DNA of 64,000 bases from Chrysomallon squamiferum (lineage: Eukaryota; Animalia; Mollusca), in NCBI GenBank assembly GCA_012295275.1, contig CM022670.1, positions 38,378,001 through 38,442,000 of the forward strand, given 5' to 3'. Positions 19,905 to 34,440 of the stretch are shown here, in pieces. A program made the position numbers and the translations under genes. Positions within the stretch are counted from its first letter, which is position 1. Every line of letters begins with the position of its first letter. The notes beneath the pieces are model-generated. The model ran no database searches. It was given only the letters and a program-made list of their open reading frames with translations, and was not told the origin of the DNA.

Positions 19905-20662
19905 TTATTAAATTGAATTTCTGCATAGCTCGAGTCTGGATTATCAAGTTGTCACAGAATGTGAGTGTGTACGTGTGTGTGTGTATTTGTGTGAGTGTAT
20001 GTGTTTATTTGTGTGTGTATTTGTGAGTTTGGTTGTGTATATTTATATGTGTGCATGAGTGTTAGTGAGTGTTTGTACACGTATATATAGTTGTAAGTAA
20101 ATTTTTTTTTTTTAGCAAATTTAATGAAAGATTGAAATGTTCATTTCAGTTGTTATATCTGTTTATTTCGATAATAATACTCTTAATTTATTTATTAATT
20201 CAGTAAAAAAGTGCAAATGTGCACACATGCATACCGACAACCATCAGACATGTACACATGTATGCATATATTCAGATCTGTATGTTGTTAAATTGACATA
20301 ATAAAATAAAAATTTCTTAATCTCTACTCAAGTGCTTTCTTTGATATTGTGTCTCTTTCACATCCTTAAGATGATTTGTTATTTTGTTGTTGTTGTTGTT
20401 GTTATTTTGGAGCTTGCTTCATAATGATGTTGTATTCTGTTTTCTGACATTGTTTTGATGTACATTGCTGTTTTTAAATAATCAAAAAATTTGTTTTTAA
20501 AACATGAAACATTCTGGTGTTGTCTTTTCTTTCTCATATTTTATCAAGGAAGAAACATACATATGCACACAAACACACATTCACATGCACACACACATAC
20601 ACACACATTCACATACACATACATACATACATATACACAAACACATACATATACACACAAAG

Positions 20663-20702
<40 letters not shown>

Positions 20703-20922
20703 TTTTACAAGATATATATTTATAACTACAGACACACCCTGGGGTAAAATCATTAGTTAATTCACATTGATAATTCAGTGATATGATTTTTATACAAGAA
20801 TTCCCAATTTTATTTTCTTCACCTAAATATGACTGCATGCACCTAGGTAACATATCAGCAGCAGTAATTTAAACAGCATTATTATAATAAATATTGTTAC
20901 ACAATTTAAAAAAAGAATAATA

Positions 20923-20962
<40 letters not shown>

Positions 20963-22920
20963 TAAAATATTTATTATATTATTGATTTCTGTTTAATTAT
21001 CTGCCTTGCCATAGCAGTAATAAAAATAAAAATAACATCGACAATAATAATACTAACTGCATAAATAGTAATAACAGCAGTGACAGTTGTAGTAATAATA
21101 ATATAAATAACCAGGAAAATAATCAAACTGAAAATAACCACCACCATTATAATAGTAATTGCAAAACAGTAATAAATATCTAACTATGACAATAATAAAA
21201 ATTTTAAAAAAATTAAATAAAAATTATAACAATATTAATATTAATAATGAAGATGTTTACGATGATGATAATAACTGTCATAAAAAAAGAAAATAATAAT
21301 AATAACAAGAATAATAATAATAAATGTAGTAAATGATAAACAACATGAACAGCAATAATAATGTATATAATAATGATAAATAAATGAACATACCAACACA
21401 GCAGAGTGTAATGAGAACATAAAAAGGGTTTTAGTGTAATGGGCTGTTTGCTGACTACTGTCTGCATTTGTGTAGTGAGACTATACAAAATCACAGACCA
21501 CAGTTCCTGAATATCAGTGTGACATTGCTATCTTGTCCTCACGGTTTGGTGAATTCACTGTGTTTATAAGCGTGTCTGCTGTATTTTGTGCATGCATATA
21601 GGTAAATATATGCACTTACATGTGTGTGTGTGTGTATGTGTGTATTTGTGCCTCCATGTGTATCTGTGTGTGTGTCTCTAAGTGTATGTGTCCATATGTG
21701 TATGTATTTGTGAATACTTGTACATGCATGTTTGAGTTGTGAGTGTGTATATAGCATGTGTGTTTTTGCATGCACATCTATGTACATGCTGCATGTGCAA
21801 TGCCTGCATGTGTCTGTACTATGTATGTGTTTGCATGTATATGTTCAATGTAATGTTTACGTTCAATGTATGTCTGTGTATGTGTGTTTGTGTATATCTT
21901 GTTATGTAGTTTTGTAGTACATATATATTTATGTATATAAGACAAATGTGTGTTTTTGTGTGTATGCCTGTTTTCGTTATAGAAGGATGTGTGTGTGTGT
22001 GTGTCTGTGTGTGAGTGTATATATATGTGTGTGTATGCACACAGATATATTTAAGTCAACATGCAAATATAAAATTATTACTTTACTAAAATGAACTCGT
22101 ATATTGTTATACATTTAAATTTTAATATATATATACACGTACAGTGGGAACACGTAAATACAAATTACTTGTAATACTATATACTGATCTATATATCTTC
22201 ATAAAAAAAAAAAAAATAAAAAAAACAAAACATTTTTAGCCTGCTACAACTGATAATGCTGATTTGACAATAAATTTTTTTTTTGTCAACACTGATTGAT
22301 TAAATTTCAGCGAGTTAAATTTCTTTGATTTTCTTTGTTATTCTTTTAAAAAATGTTTGCTTTTCTTATTGTATTTATTTATTTTTATTTTTATTCTTTT
22401 TCTAAAATGTATTGTTTTCTTCTCAAGGTATGTATTTTTTCTTCTTCTTCTTTTTTCTTCTTCAGGAAGTCGTGGTTGCTACGGTCTCACAGCAGTTTTA
22501 TTATTTCTTGTTTTACCGTTAATATATTTTAAATTATCTTATTCATTTAATATCATTTTCTAAATTAGACTTAGCTTTAATAGCAATCCTACTGTGCTTC
22601 AGCTTATCAATTTTGTTAAATAAGAGCCTTTAAAATTTATTTTATGGTATTAAACTCCCCAAGGACTGTATGAACGTGCTTATGTAGTCCAGCATACATT
22701 TGTGTGATTTCTTTATTTGCTGCATGAAATCAAGTTTTGCTACTAATAAAGCGTTCAGAGATTTGGAGTTATTCATGACATTATGTCTGACATTAAAACA
22801 AATAAATAAATAAATTAATTAATTAATTAATTAAAAATGAAATGAAATAAATAAATGTTTTCGTCGATTATCACTACTGATGCTAACAATCACAAAACTG
22901 TAAATTACTAAATGTGTCTG

Positions 22921-23001
<81 letters not shown>

Positions 23002-23005
23002 AAAG

Positions 23006-23053
<48 letters not shown>

Positions 23054-23411
23054 TAGAAGATTAGAGTCAAATTCAATTTATATTCTGTATCTGTAAATAA
23101 TGTGCAATACAGATTAGGCAAACACAGAATAGTTATCGATTACTTTGAGGAATATAAATTTTGTAATATCAAACACTGACGCATTATGCATGCATTTGAA
23201 TAGACATTTAAATATAGCTGGGATTGTCTTCTGTTTTTAATCACGTGTGATCAATTTAATTTTATAAGCTACCTCCCTGAATTAGATCGTCATTATTATT
23301 TATGGTTTCGATAGAATGTTAGATTACAAAGCAGTTTATATCAATATATACAATGTTAATGATATAAATTATTATTATTGTTTAAACACTGCTTTAGACA
23401 ATAATAATATT

Positions 23412-23445
<34 letters not shown>

Positions 23446-24299
23446 TAAATAATAATAATAATAATAAATAAATAAATAAATAAATAAAAATTAATAAAAG
23501 CAAATAAATAAGTAAATATATAAATAGTTATAGCCATATCTACTTTTTCTCTTTTTTTGTATACTTAAAGTTCATGTAAATGAGCATATCACATAACGAT
23601 TCATCGTAAAATATATGGGTTTTTTTTTTTTGTTTTTTATTGTTTATTTTATTATTTTTACATCCTTATTTCTATTAAAAAGCACATCAGTTATCCTGTG
23701 AAATATCCGCCACTTCAGTCATTTGATATTTATTGATTTAAAAAAAAAAAAAAATACTAATAAAATTAAGGATAATAAGAATAAAACAAATTTGTTGTTT
23801 GAAAAATCGGAATGTTCATACTTACATTTTTTTCAGAAGTACATTTCAAATTTAAAAAAAAAATAAAAATAATAATAATAATAATAATAATATCTATTTG
23901 CTGTTGTCATTTCGCCATTTTTAATCCTTAGAAATTTTTGTTTATGACAGTTTTGACAAATGTTTAGTTATGACATCAGGACGAGACGAAATCGTTTTAT
24001 TTAAAATTTTATTATTATGATAACAGTTCCCCGTATTTTATACTCCTCAAAAAATGTTTTGTATCCGCTGGGATTCCAGTCCATTTACAATCTCTGATGT
24101 CTGCATTTCTTCTTTTTTTTTTTTTTTTTTTTTTTTCAAAACTAGCGAAAGCGTAGATACAAGATTATTCTTTAACATGACTGTATGATTTATTAATAGA
24201 ATTAACTATATTAAATAACAAAATAACGGGGAAAATATTATTATGTGTTTAAAACGTTATATGAATGAGAATCATTATTCCTATACTTATATCGGATTG

Positions 24300-24412
24300 A
24301 GATGTAGTGCGCAGGGCCTGGGCGAAGTAGTAATCCTATTCAGAGTCCCATGTTGAGCTGTTTATCCCGTTCCAGTCAGATATTCATTACTGGCTTATTT
24401 TAGACTGTGATA
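24300..24412 (+). mobile_element. Degenerate SINE-like fragment (resembles molluscan tRNA-derived Meta-type SINE core)
   Basis: GC-richer island; TTGAGCTGTTTATCCCGTTCCAGTCAG...ACTGG resembles gastropod SINE cores as recalled from memory and the fragment at 31775-31860. Not aligned. Confidence 0.35.
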
Positions 24413-24779
24413 TATATATATATATATATATATGAAAATATTTCACGATCCCTAACTTTGTTTGTTCAGTATAAATCAAAACCTCTTTTATAACACGTGT
24501 TTTGTGCGGTAACAAAAAAAAAAAAAAAAAAAAAAAACAATCAAAAAGAAAGAAAGAAAAAGAAAAAAGGAATTGACAAAAATAAACAGAAAGAAAAAGA
24601 AGAAGACAAAAAAAAAAAAAAAATATCGAAGTTCAGAATTTTACAATGCCAAAGGTTCACAGCCAGCAAGAAAAAGGAAAAATGATCTCAGAAACAGGTG
24701 TTTGCCAAAGGTGAGTGTTTCTGCGTTGTACAAGTATTCCCTTGGTGAGATTTAAAAATCTGCGAGCACTAACATCGAG

Positions 24780-25385
24780 AAAATGCACTGGTTTTCTGGT
24801 AATACTACGGGAATGTTTTATTCTTACCAGGCGAGTTTACCGTTCGTAAGATAGAACTATTCCGTTCATACTAGACGAGTTCGATGTTGTTTATGCTAAA
24901 ATAAATGTCCTGTACATTCTAGAAGAAAAAAAAAAGTGCGGTTCATACTAAAAATATACCGTTTCGTTCTACAAAAGTTTACTGTTGATTCTGCAAAAGT
25001 ATACTGTTCATTCTACAAAAGTTTACTTTTCGTATTAGGATGCGTAATGTGTCTGACAGCAGAAGGTATCGTTCATTCCAGAAAAACGCTATTTTCATTC
25101 AAAACAGCATTGTTTATTCTAGAAAAGTGTTGATACGACTAAAAAACGTTTTTTTTTTTTTTTTATTATTAAAAAAAACTGGTCAGATCGTTCTAGGAAA
25201 GCTCACGCCAGGAAGATGCTGTTCTGCTAGAAAAGTACTGATCATTCCGGAAAAGCGTTCTCTTCGTTTTACAGAAGCGTGCTTGCTCGTTCTAGAAAAC
25301 CACTGTTCACGTTTGCTGGAAGAGTGTTCTGTTCATGTTAAAGAAAATGTTTGCACGTGCCGAAACTGTGCCCTGTTCAAAAGAA
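24780..25385. repeat. Highly degenerate minisatellite, unit about 21-23 bp (approx. CTGTTCATTCTAGAAAAGTTTA)
   Basis: Recurrent GTTCATTCTA / CGTTCTAGAAAA / TTCTACAAAAGT at roughly 22-bp spacing. Confidence 0.65.
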
Positions 25386-25816
25386 AAACTTTATTAAAAC
25401 GAAGTCGTCTGGGCGTAAATGTGTAAGTCACGACATTTTGTGTTACTTCTATTAGATTTCCGTTAGAGATCTTAATAACTGTAAAGTCTGTTTAAATGCT
25501 TGAAAATTATGATACATTTAACACTGGCAAGTGGTGTCTTATAAAACTAAGTTTTTTTCATGTACACTGGTTATACGTTATTGCAGCTTTAAAAAAAGAA
25601 GAAATTATATATATATAATCGGTCGGATATAAATTTAATTACCGTATACGTATTTGTGTATACGGTTTCCAGTTGTTTTTGTTCTCTTAATACCTAAATT
25701 CAATACAAAAATTGACATGCTTATTACACAAAGGACCAACAACCCCGGAACCTATTTCGTCAAGTTTATATTATATCCTGACCAATATGCTTATATGTTT
25801 ATCAATCTTTGGTGAC

Positions 25817-25930
<114 letters not shown>

Positions 25931-26232
25931 AAAATAGAAAACATTTATATATTTTTTGTAGCAATATTTAGCCTATACACGAGTAAGTACAGTATGATAT
26001 TCCAAACAGACAGGAGTTCAATGATAATTGGTATTATATAAACGCAAATATTAAATAACAAAAACCATTCATCTTGAACGTATAAACTATTTTAATGTCA
26101 TTACATATCATTTATCACTTCTCAGCCAAACCACAACTCACAAAAAAAAAAAAAAAAAAAAAAAAATGAAAATCAACACATGTAAAATTAACGTAGAATA
26201 TTAATAGGTGTATTGATAATAAAACAAGATAT

Positions 26233-26272
<40 letters not shown>

Positions 26273-26567
26273 GCAACAACTACTACTACTACTAATAAAG
26301 CAAAGCAGATATATAATATAACATAATATAACATAACATAAACATAACATAATATAATATATCTACATCTATATCTATATCTATATATTAGCAAAGAGAG
26401 AAATACTAAACAAACATTTATTTATAACGAAGGTTAAGACTTCCACTCTTACGTGGCAATAATAAAAATGACTTAGTGGCGTCATCTTGACTATTTATCT
26501 ACGTAAGAGAAAATATTTTATATAAATCAATGTTTCTTTGTTTACTGTATCTGACAAACATAACAAA

Positions 26568-26660
<93 letters not shown>

Positions 26661-26918
26661 TATTCTCTTATTGCCTGTGTCTCTCTTCTTCCCACTAAAT
26701 CACTTACTTACCTCTTCCGCGTTGTACATTCGTTTATTTCTTCAAGTGAAATAATTTCGGAGTTTAGGTTTTTGTTGAAGGATGCTTCCAGCCTAAATGT
26801 GGGCGTTCGCTGAACTAAAATAGTCTGATATTTTTATTGCATCAGCACTTGAGACGCTCGTTTCCGACTTTAATAACAGCCATATATCTTAACTTTGCTG
26901 CAGTCTAGACTGAAATAA

Positions 26919-27029
<111 letters not shown>

Positions 27030-27088
27030 GACACATATACATACATACACACATACATACATACATACAAAACAATCACTGAACTTAA

Positions 27089-27545
27089 CACTACAGCTGA
27101 AGGTTAAACAAGATGGCTGCTCGACAAGGAAGCAGCCAATCAGAAACATTAAAAGAACCAAGTCCCCAACTCTTAGAAAAGAAGAAAGGAGTTTGTCAGT
27201 GACAAATTTGTACGTAGAGGCAGCAAAGATTTCGTCCACTGATATAAGACTCATGTTGCTACCCATTAAAGGAACGCGACAAAACGACCTGGGGACCAGC
27301 GGTTCCTTATGTACCCAAAGAAGTTATAATTAAGCGAAAGAGAATAAATTCGTTATCACCATTCTACGAAAAACTCTGATTGTGAAACACAGGAAGGGAC
27401 ATTTTTTATTTGTTTTCAAGTACATCGATAACACGAACACCTGAGGGCGCATGACCAAATCTATTTATCAAGTAAAATCCGGTTTAGATAAAGTGCATTG
27501 TGTGCGTCCGTGTGTATGTTTGTATGAGGGAGACAAAGAATAGAG
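27089..27545 (+). pseudogene. Inverted, internally deleted pseudogene copy of the 56490-57299 gene
   Basis: 27113-27320 (ATGGCTGCTCGACAAGGA...GGTTCCTTATGTACCCAAAG) matches the reverse complement of about 57299-57072 with indels. About 27325-27545 matches the reverse complement of about 55945-55695 (TAAGCGAAAGAGAA, GGGACATTTTTTATTTGT, ATCGATAAC, GAGACAAAG). Confidence 0.88.
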
Positions 27546-27815
27546 AGAGGGTGAGGGAGGGGGGTGTTTACAGAAGGAGATTGCAAAAGAGGGAGGGGAG
27601 AGGGAGGGAGAGAGAGAGATCCACAGATATACTTACTCAAAATCAATATATAAATATATATATATATACACACACACATATATATGTCATTTTTATTTTA
27701 TTTTTTTTTTTTTTTTTTCTTTCTTAAGTTACACTGAGTCACTGACTAATTTTAGTAAAAAAGATCAGCGTTAATTATGTATGGGTTGAAATTCAAGCCG
27801 GCATCCTCGCCCGAC

Positions 27816-27829
27816 GTTGTCATGGCAAC
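27816..27829. promoter_or_regulatory. RFX X-box (GTTGTCATGGCAAC)
   Basis: Perfect match to RTHNYYWTRRNRAC in a CpG-rich island, followed by a donor CAG|GTAAGA after 28152. Confidence 0.65.
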
Positions 27830-27859
27830 GACAACACACACACACACATACACATACAT

Positions 27860-28152
27860 ACGGGGTAGACGCAGTTCTCCGAGTCGTTTGCCCCGTGGTG
27901 CGTTGCATGACGGAACTTGTTGTTGTCGGTGGCTGACTACGTCACCGGACTAATAGTCACTGAAGTCACGGTCGGCTTCGAACAAACATCTCAATCAATT
28001 ACGCTTCGAGAGCGTTTACAAACACACGCATACAATTCAGCCTGTCTGTGCGGAGCACAGATCCTCGCTGTTTGTTTGATCGGCATTTACTGGAGAAAGC
28101 AGGAGTTTCAACAGAAAGTGAATAAGACATTTTGGGTTTAATATAGTTTCAG
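27860..28152 (+). other. Candidate non-coding first exon (probably of paralog C); start approximate
   Basis: CpG-rich unique sequence after the X-box, ending in a strong donor. The ATG exon of C begins at an acceptor (TTTCAG|38390), so an upstream exon is needed. Confidence 0.45.
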
Positions 28153-28308
28153 GTAAGAGACTGTTTTTATGTTATGGTCATTTTATTACTACTGGTATTA
28201 GTCTTGTTGTTGTTGATGTTGTTATTGTTTTTATGTTTCTTTCTCGCTCTCTCTCCGCTCTCTCCGTGTCTGTCTGTCTGTCTGTTTGTTTGTCTGTCTG
28301 TCTGTCTC

Positions 28309-28354
<46 letters not shown>

Positions 28355-29089
28355 CCTCCCTCCCTCTCTCTCTCTCTCTCTCCCTCTCGCTCTCTCACAG
28401 ATATTATTATTATTATTATTGTTGTTGTTATTGTTGTTATTATTATTATTATTATTTATAGTTTTCTTTCTTTCGTTCATGTTGTTTCAAGTTTAATTAT
28501 TTTCTTCGATTTTTAAGTGTATTTTTTTCTGTGATGTTTGTCTGTCTGTCTGACTGTCTGTCTCACATTCATTATTTAGTTTTTTTACATATTTCTTTCT
28601 CTACCAGTCTTTTGTTTCTTTCCATTTTTCTCCTTTTGTATCTTTTTTTTCTCTTTGTATTTCTCTCGATTTTCTCTTTCTGTCTTTTTCTGTCTGTCAC
28701 GCATCTATCACACACACACCACACACACACACACACACACATTACAGCTTAGGGTGGAGTAATATCTCTGTCATTTTAACTACATTTAAACTGTCTGCTA
28801 AAGAATTTGTTTTTATGACCAGGTTAAATCGTTCTTACATAACACAAGTCCTTTCTTCTGAGGCGGATACGAGCTTTAATGCTATTATAATCAAAATATT
28901 GTATATATTTTTATTTATAGTTCGAATTAATATAACAAAATGAATTGAATCACCGCTTATATTTTTTATTTAGTGGCGAAATTTTCTGATGAAAGGTGCA
29001 TCCACACGTATTTTAAGTATGCATGTATTTTAAGTATGTATGTGTTTATGTATATATATGTAGCTTAGGATTTTGAATATTCTCTGTCG

Positions 29090-29210
29090 TTTGAACTCAC
29101 TGGCGCAGGAGGACAAAGTCCAATCACGAGCTCACAAACCCCGTCAGATGCCGCTGACGAGACTCGAACGTATGACACCCATTCGCCCGCACCCCGACGG
29201 CGGACGACCG
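29090..29210 (-). mobile_element. tRNA-derived SINE head-like fragment
   Basis: Minus strand shows B-box GTTCGAGTC (29169-29161) followed by TCGTCAGCGGCA; no complete cloverleaf seen. Confidence 0.35.
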
Positions 29211-29216
29211 TTATTT

Positions 29217-29289
29217 ATGTATGTATGTATGTATGTATGTATGTATGTATGTATGTATGTATGTATGTATGTATGTATGTATGTATGTA

Positions 29290-29324
<35 letters not shown>

Positions 29325-29630
29325 ATGTGCATTGTGTGTATGTATGTATATATGTGTGTGCATATGTATGTATGTATATATGTATGTGTGTGTGTATGTA
29401 TGTGTGTATGTATGTATATATGTATGTGCATATGTATGTATGTATATATGTATGTATGTATGTATATGTGTGTATGTATGTATATATGTGTTTGTATGTA
29501 TGTATATGTGTGTATGTATGTATATGTGTGTGTGTATGTATGCATGCATGTATGTATGTATGTATGTGTGTGTATGTATGTATGTATGTGTGTGTGTGTA
29601 TGTATGTATGTGTGTATGTATGTATGTATT
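29217..29630. repeat. (TATG)n/(TG)n compound microsatellite, representative of dozens of (CT)n, (CA)n, (AAT)n, (ACT)n, (AAAT)n and poly-A/T tracts in the window
   Basis: Seen directly; other long tracts lie near 25820-25926, 26570-26657, 26921-27025, 30797-30860, 36159-36261, 58566-58632 and 59515-59594. Confidence 0.97.
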
Positions 29631-30793
29631 CATGAATCTACACATTAATCTATGTATTTCCCTCTTCTCTCTCCTCTATGTTTGTATTTGTGTTTATATA
29701 ATTATACACACAAAAAAATTACACACACACACACATACCACTCATATTGCTATTTATTGTGCATACACCTATATCATGAGTCCAAATATATATATATATG
29801 TGTATTTATTTTATTATTATTATTAATTTATTCTATTTTACCCACATATACTTTACTTAACGGGCTGATACTAATATCACCGTCATTCTCAGAAATAATG
29901 TATCTTAATATTATCTCTCGTATTCAAATAATAAATATCCACATATGCGTACAATACATTTGATACCGATTCTTTTAACTTATCGCATGCCAGCATATGT
30001 ACAAATAAAAAGATTTAACCTACAGCAAGCCCACACAATGCAGTTATCATAACTTCTTATCTAACGTTTGCTAACATTTGATTCTTTGCCAGTAAGAGTG
30101 TGGTTGTGTTTCGTGGTTTGTAAACAATGGGTCAGTGGTTTTGTCGTGGTCACGTGTTACACAGGTAACTGTAACCGACTGATTAGAATATACTGGCAAG
30201 AAGATTAATGCTTCTCTGTGCGACCATTTTTTTTTTTTTTTTTGTTCTGTTTTCCCAATCCAACTACTGAACTTTTATTGGTTTAACCAAAAAAAAAAAA
30301 ATTATAATGAAAAAACAATACAGACCAAAAAATAAATAAAATAATAAAATAAATAAATAAATATATATATATATATATATATATAATATAATAATAATAA
30401 TAATAATAATAATATTAAATTAAATAAAAATTTTTTAAAAAGCCATGGTGTTTGGTTTAATACATACTGTTATGTATATTCATAATAACCTTTGCTGCAT
30501 ATCTACTGGCGATCTATGAAATGGCGTTCGAAACTTGTTTCTTTTTTTTTAACCTTAAAACTGACGTTTAACTGTTAATATTAGACTTTCATTCACTTAC
30601 GAAAGTTAATGATAAACCTAATCGTGCAGTGTTTAATAATTTAAATGAATGCTTAGAGATCAAAAAGTGAAAATAAAATAAAAAATAAAAAAAAAAAAAT
30701 CATCCACGTTGTAGTTGAATCAGAAGATTAATAAGAGTTTACTACCCAAGGAATAAAAACGCAGAATATTTCCAGAATATGAGAAACACATAA

Positions 30794-30863
<70 letters not shown>

Positions 30864-31774
30864 GTTTTTTAATGCGTTTAGGCGTCTTCAGCAAATATTA
30901 GTCAATGTTTTCTCACACACGTATGAGATCTTAATCTGACATTGTTAATCCCCTGTGTGTTTTTGTCTGGCGATATCTGCAGGTCTGTGTTTGCGATCAG
31001 GATACTCTACTCTACCGTAGAGATTCGTGTGTTACCTTTCCTATTTGTTTTATTTTAATTTTAATTTTAATTTTTTTTTTTTTTTATTTTTTTTTTTTAC
31101 TTTAATTTACTTTACTTTTATTTTTTTTTTTTTTTATTTTTTTTATTTTTTTTTATTTATTTTTTTTTTTATAATATTTTATTTTATTTTCATTTTATTT
31201 TATTTTATTTTATTTTATTTTATTTTTTTTTTTTTTTTTATTTTTTTTTTTTTTTTTTTTTTTTTATTATATATATATATTTTTTTTTTAGGGTGACACT
31301 TATAAGTTTTATTTATCGCTGCTTGGGAACTATCGAAAAACAAAACGTACGAAAAACGGGCAAAAAAAAAAAATAAATAAAAAAAAAAAAAAAACAAACG
31401 AACGAAAAAAAAAAAATAATGTATACCCAAGACAGGGGTAAAAAAAAAAACACAACAACAACAGAACGAAAGAATACGAATTAGTGTTTTTATTACCCAG
31501 TGTGTAATATCCCATTGTTACGTCGACTCGATTAATAATACCTCTGACTTTACATTTGCTGGAACCGTTCCAGCTTTGGAACACAAAACCAACATTTCGT
31601 ACCCGATTACGACAACATTTCACCACACGTAGGCTCTTTAATCTTCCTCCTAAACCCTCCTATAGTGGGTCATTTCCTGGTCAAAATCAGATTAACACGC
31701 TATTTTGTAGGACTGGTCTAAGGGAAGACAGTATTTATAAAACTGTAAAATAACACTCAAATACAAACACGAAG

Positions 31775-31860
31775 CACGTTATAGTTTAGTGGTTAGAACA
31801 TTCACTAGCACTCCTCGGTGAGTCATTTTGGGAGTAGTACTTCTTGTTCTATCCAGCTGC
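31775..31860 (+). mobile_element. Degenerate tRNA-derived SINE fragment
   Basis: A-box-like TAGTTTAGTGGTTAGAACATTCAC followed by a TTCTTGTTCTATCCAG core-like segment. Confidence 0.4.
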
Positions 31861-31874
31861 AGATATTTTATATA

Positions 31875-31916
<42 letters not shown>

Positions 31917-32091
31917 ATAGTTATTTAAATCATAACTAAATAGTAAAAATGTAGGCATATAAAATAAATAAATGAATAATTCAAAACAAAATACATATCA
32001 TGTTTATAATAATAATAATAATAATAATAATAATTACAATAAATAAATAAGCGAACGAACACACTCACGAACAAAAGTTCAAATAAATTAA

Positions 32092-32130
<39 letters not shown>

Positions 32131-32429
32131 AATAGAACAAAGTTAATAATTTTCAAAAGAGATTCAATTACATTTGCGATAGATACCAGATGAAAGAGTA
32201 AGAGGTTTATCATCAGTTTCATTTCATAATTGTTATCACAACAAGTTTAACGATCAAAAGAGAAACATTTTTAATTTTTTATGACGACGACTCTAACGGT
32301 TGATGAAATATAACATAAACAAAAAGCTGTCGATAAATAGCGTTTCTTTGCGGTGCTTTACGGTTGGTCTGGTTTCTTTTTCTTCCATATTAATTATTGA
32401 CAATCGCAATGGCCTGTGACCGTGTTAAT

Positions 32430-32443
32430 ATCTCTATGGCAAC
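32430..32443. promoter_or_regulatory. RFX X-box-like motif (ATCTCTATGGCAAC)
   Basis: Matches RTHNYYWTRRNRAC; TATATAAA lies about 15 bp downstream and a donor-like AAG|GTAAAT near 32563. Confidence 0.45.
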
Positions 32444-32802
32444 AAAGAGCACGCAGTTATATAAACACCAATTATTAAATCGACATATACGCACTTATCC
32501 TTTCAATTATTAAAATAAACAAATTTACCTCCTATTATTGTCCGTATAGGTTGATGTAACAAGGTAAATAAATATCTGTTACGTAACTGCACTGCGTGTG
32601 CGTGTGTGCGTGTCAGTGTGTGTGTGTGTGTGTGTGGCGCCTTTAATGGGACATATTTGACTTGCTATTGATATGTCTGCAGTATTTGTTTATTTATATT
32701 TTCATTAAGTACAAATAACGTGTTTGTATATGTGTGTGTGGATATAGATATACATATATAAGTTAACTTTAAACCTGTAAGGTGTAAAAAAAAATAAGTC
32801 CA

Positions 32803-32833
<31 letters not shown>

Positions 32834-33071
32834 CGATCGTCTCCTAATAAGTTAACAGAAAATGTACAAGTGAAAACCCTGTTTTACTTTATTTTTTTTT
32901 TTTATTTATTTATTTATTTATTTATGAGGTGTTTGTTATATGTCACATTTGTTTGCATTTCAAATATCAGAATAATTGAACTGCACAATATAAACGTGTA
33001 TTTTTTAACCTACATCTCTATTCCACTACTTTAGGTTTATTTTTTATGGAAACGGCTATTTTTTTTTTTTT

Positions 33072-33103
<32 letters not shown>

Positions 33104-33704
33104 TTTTTTTTATTTTTTTTTTCACTTTTAGTATTATTCTTTTTCTATAAAGTTAATATTATTACTGTGAATTAATTTGGTTCGGGATTAGTACATTGTG
33201 AAAGATAATCTTTAATTGCTTGCAAATGCTGTCATTAAATCTTAAAACTGTTGTCACACTAATAGTATTTTCTAACCTTCATTTCTGTTTGTTACAAAAA
33301 TATGCTTGCGCCAGTATCACGGACAGATAAGGTTTATTACAAATAAATAAATAAATAAGTAACTGAGTAAGTACGTAAATAAACATTGTTTTTGCTACTA
33401 TAACAGCTTCCATTGCTGCTACTACGTCTTTTGTTTGCTACAACTACAACTACTAGTAGTTTACTACTAACAACGATTATTCCAGAATTACTGTGACCAC
33501 TACTATTTATTTATTTATTAGCGTGTCTTTCCTATAAAGAATAAAAAGTTAGTTTAAAACATGATGTTTTTTTTCTCTCTTTCTTTCTGTATCACTAAGT
33601 ACAAATGAAAATGGTCTGAAAGAAATGATTAGTACAACATTAGCGCGGCTTTGACGATTAATAAATAATTTCTGGAATGTAAATAATGCACTGTGCTCTT
33701 TTCA

Positions 33705-34000
33705 TTCCAGTGATCTAAGATGTGTTTTTTTTTTTTTTTTTTTTTTTTTTTTGTTCACACAAGAGACGTCTTTGCAAACGATTCTTTTTCTCTTTTTTTT
33801 TTTCCATTTTTTTTTTTTTTTTTTTTTTTATTTCCTGTTCAAATGCCAGACATATCTAAGAATTGCCGAGTCGGTGAAACTGCTTTAGTATTTACGTACA
33901 TATTTTATCAAACAGAATTTTAAAAACAAAAACACACCCTGAAAGTCTTTAAATGAAATAGAAAGAGAAAAAAAGGGGAAAAATGGGTGAGAGAGAGAGA
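33705..34000 (+). repeat. Copy 1 of a dispersed direct repeat of about 290 bp (copy 2 at 58289-58570)
   Basis: TTCCAGTGATCTAA...GTTCACACAAGAGACGTCTTTGCAAACGATTC...GCCGAGTCGGTGAAACTGC...AAATGGGTGAGAGAG is shared nearly verbatim. Confidence 0.92.
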
Positions 34001-34004
34001 TGAC

Positions 34005-34049
<45 letters not shown>

Positions 34050-34079
34050 GTAGAGACAGAGAGATCGATAGATAAATGC

Positions 34080-34130
<51 letters not shown>

Positions 34131-34440
34131 AAAAAAGAGAGGTACATTTCAGTACAAAAGTTGTCTTACGATCAATGTCAACTTTTTAAATTGACGTTTC
34201 ATTAATATTTCATATTGTGCAAAGTATGAAAGAAAATATTTCAAAAGATACGGTGTATTTATTTACGTATTTAACTCATTAAATATATACATAATTTATA
34301 TTTAAAACTACAGTCAGTTGCGGCTTTCCTGGTTTCGGAAGATCATGTTACAGAAACGTTTATAAAGGATATTTAATTTTGGTCAATAACCAAAACTTCA
34401 AAATCACGATAATCTGCTTGTTTCTGACATTGTGTTTCAA

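Noticed and set aside
24637-24716. Isolated exon-like segment (ATGCCAAAGGTT... AAG|GTGAGT), faintly like a DIMT1 start
   Set aside because: No partner exons or convincing homology; cannot be assigned.
29090-29210. Functional tRNA gene
   Set aside because: B-box present but no A-box or cloverleaf; treated as a SINE-like remnant.
29073-29826. Long MYVC/HTYI-type ORFs, plus the ER, LS, poly-F/K/N/Y ORFs throughout the track
   Set aside because: Translations of microsatellites and homopolymers.
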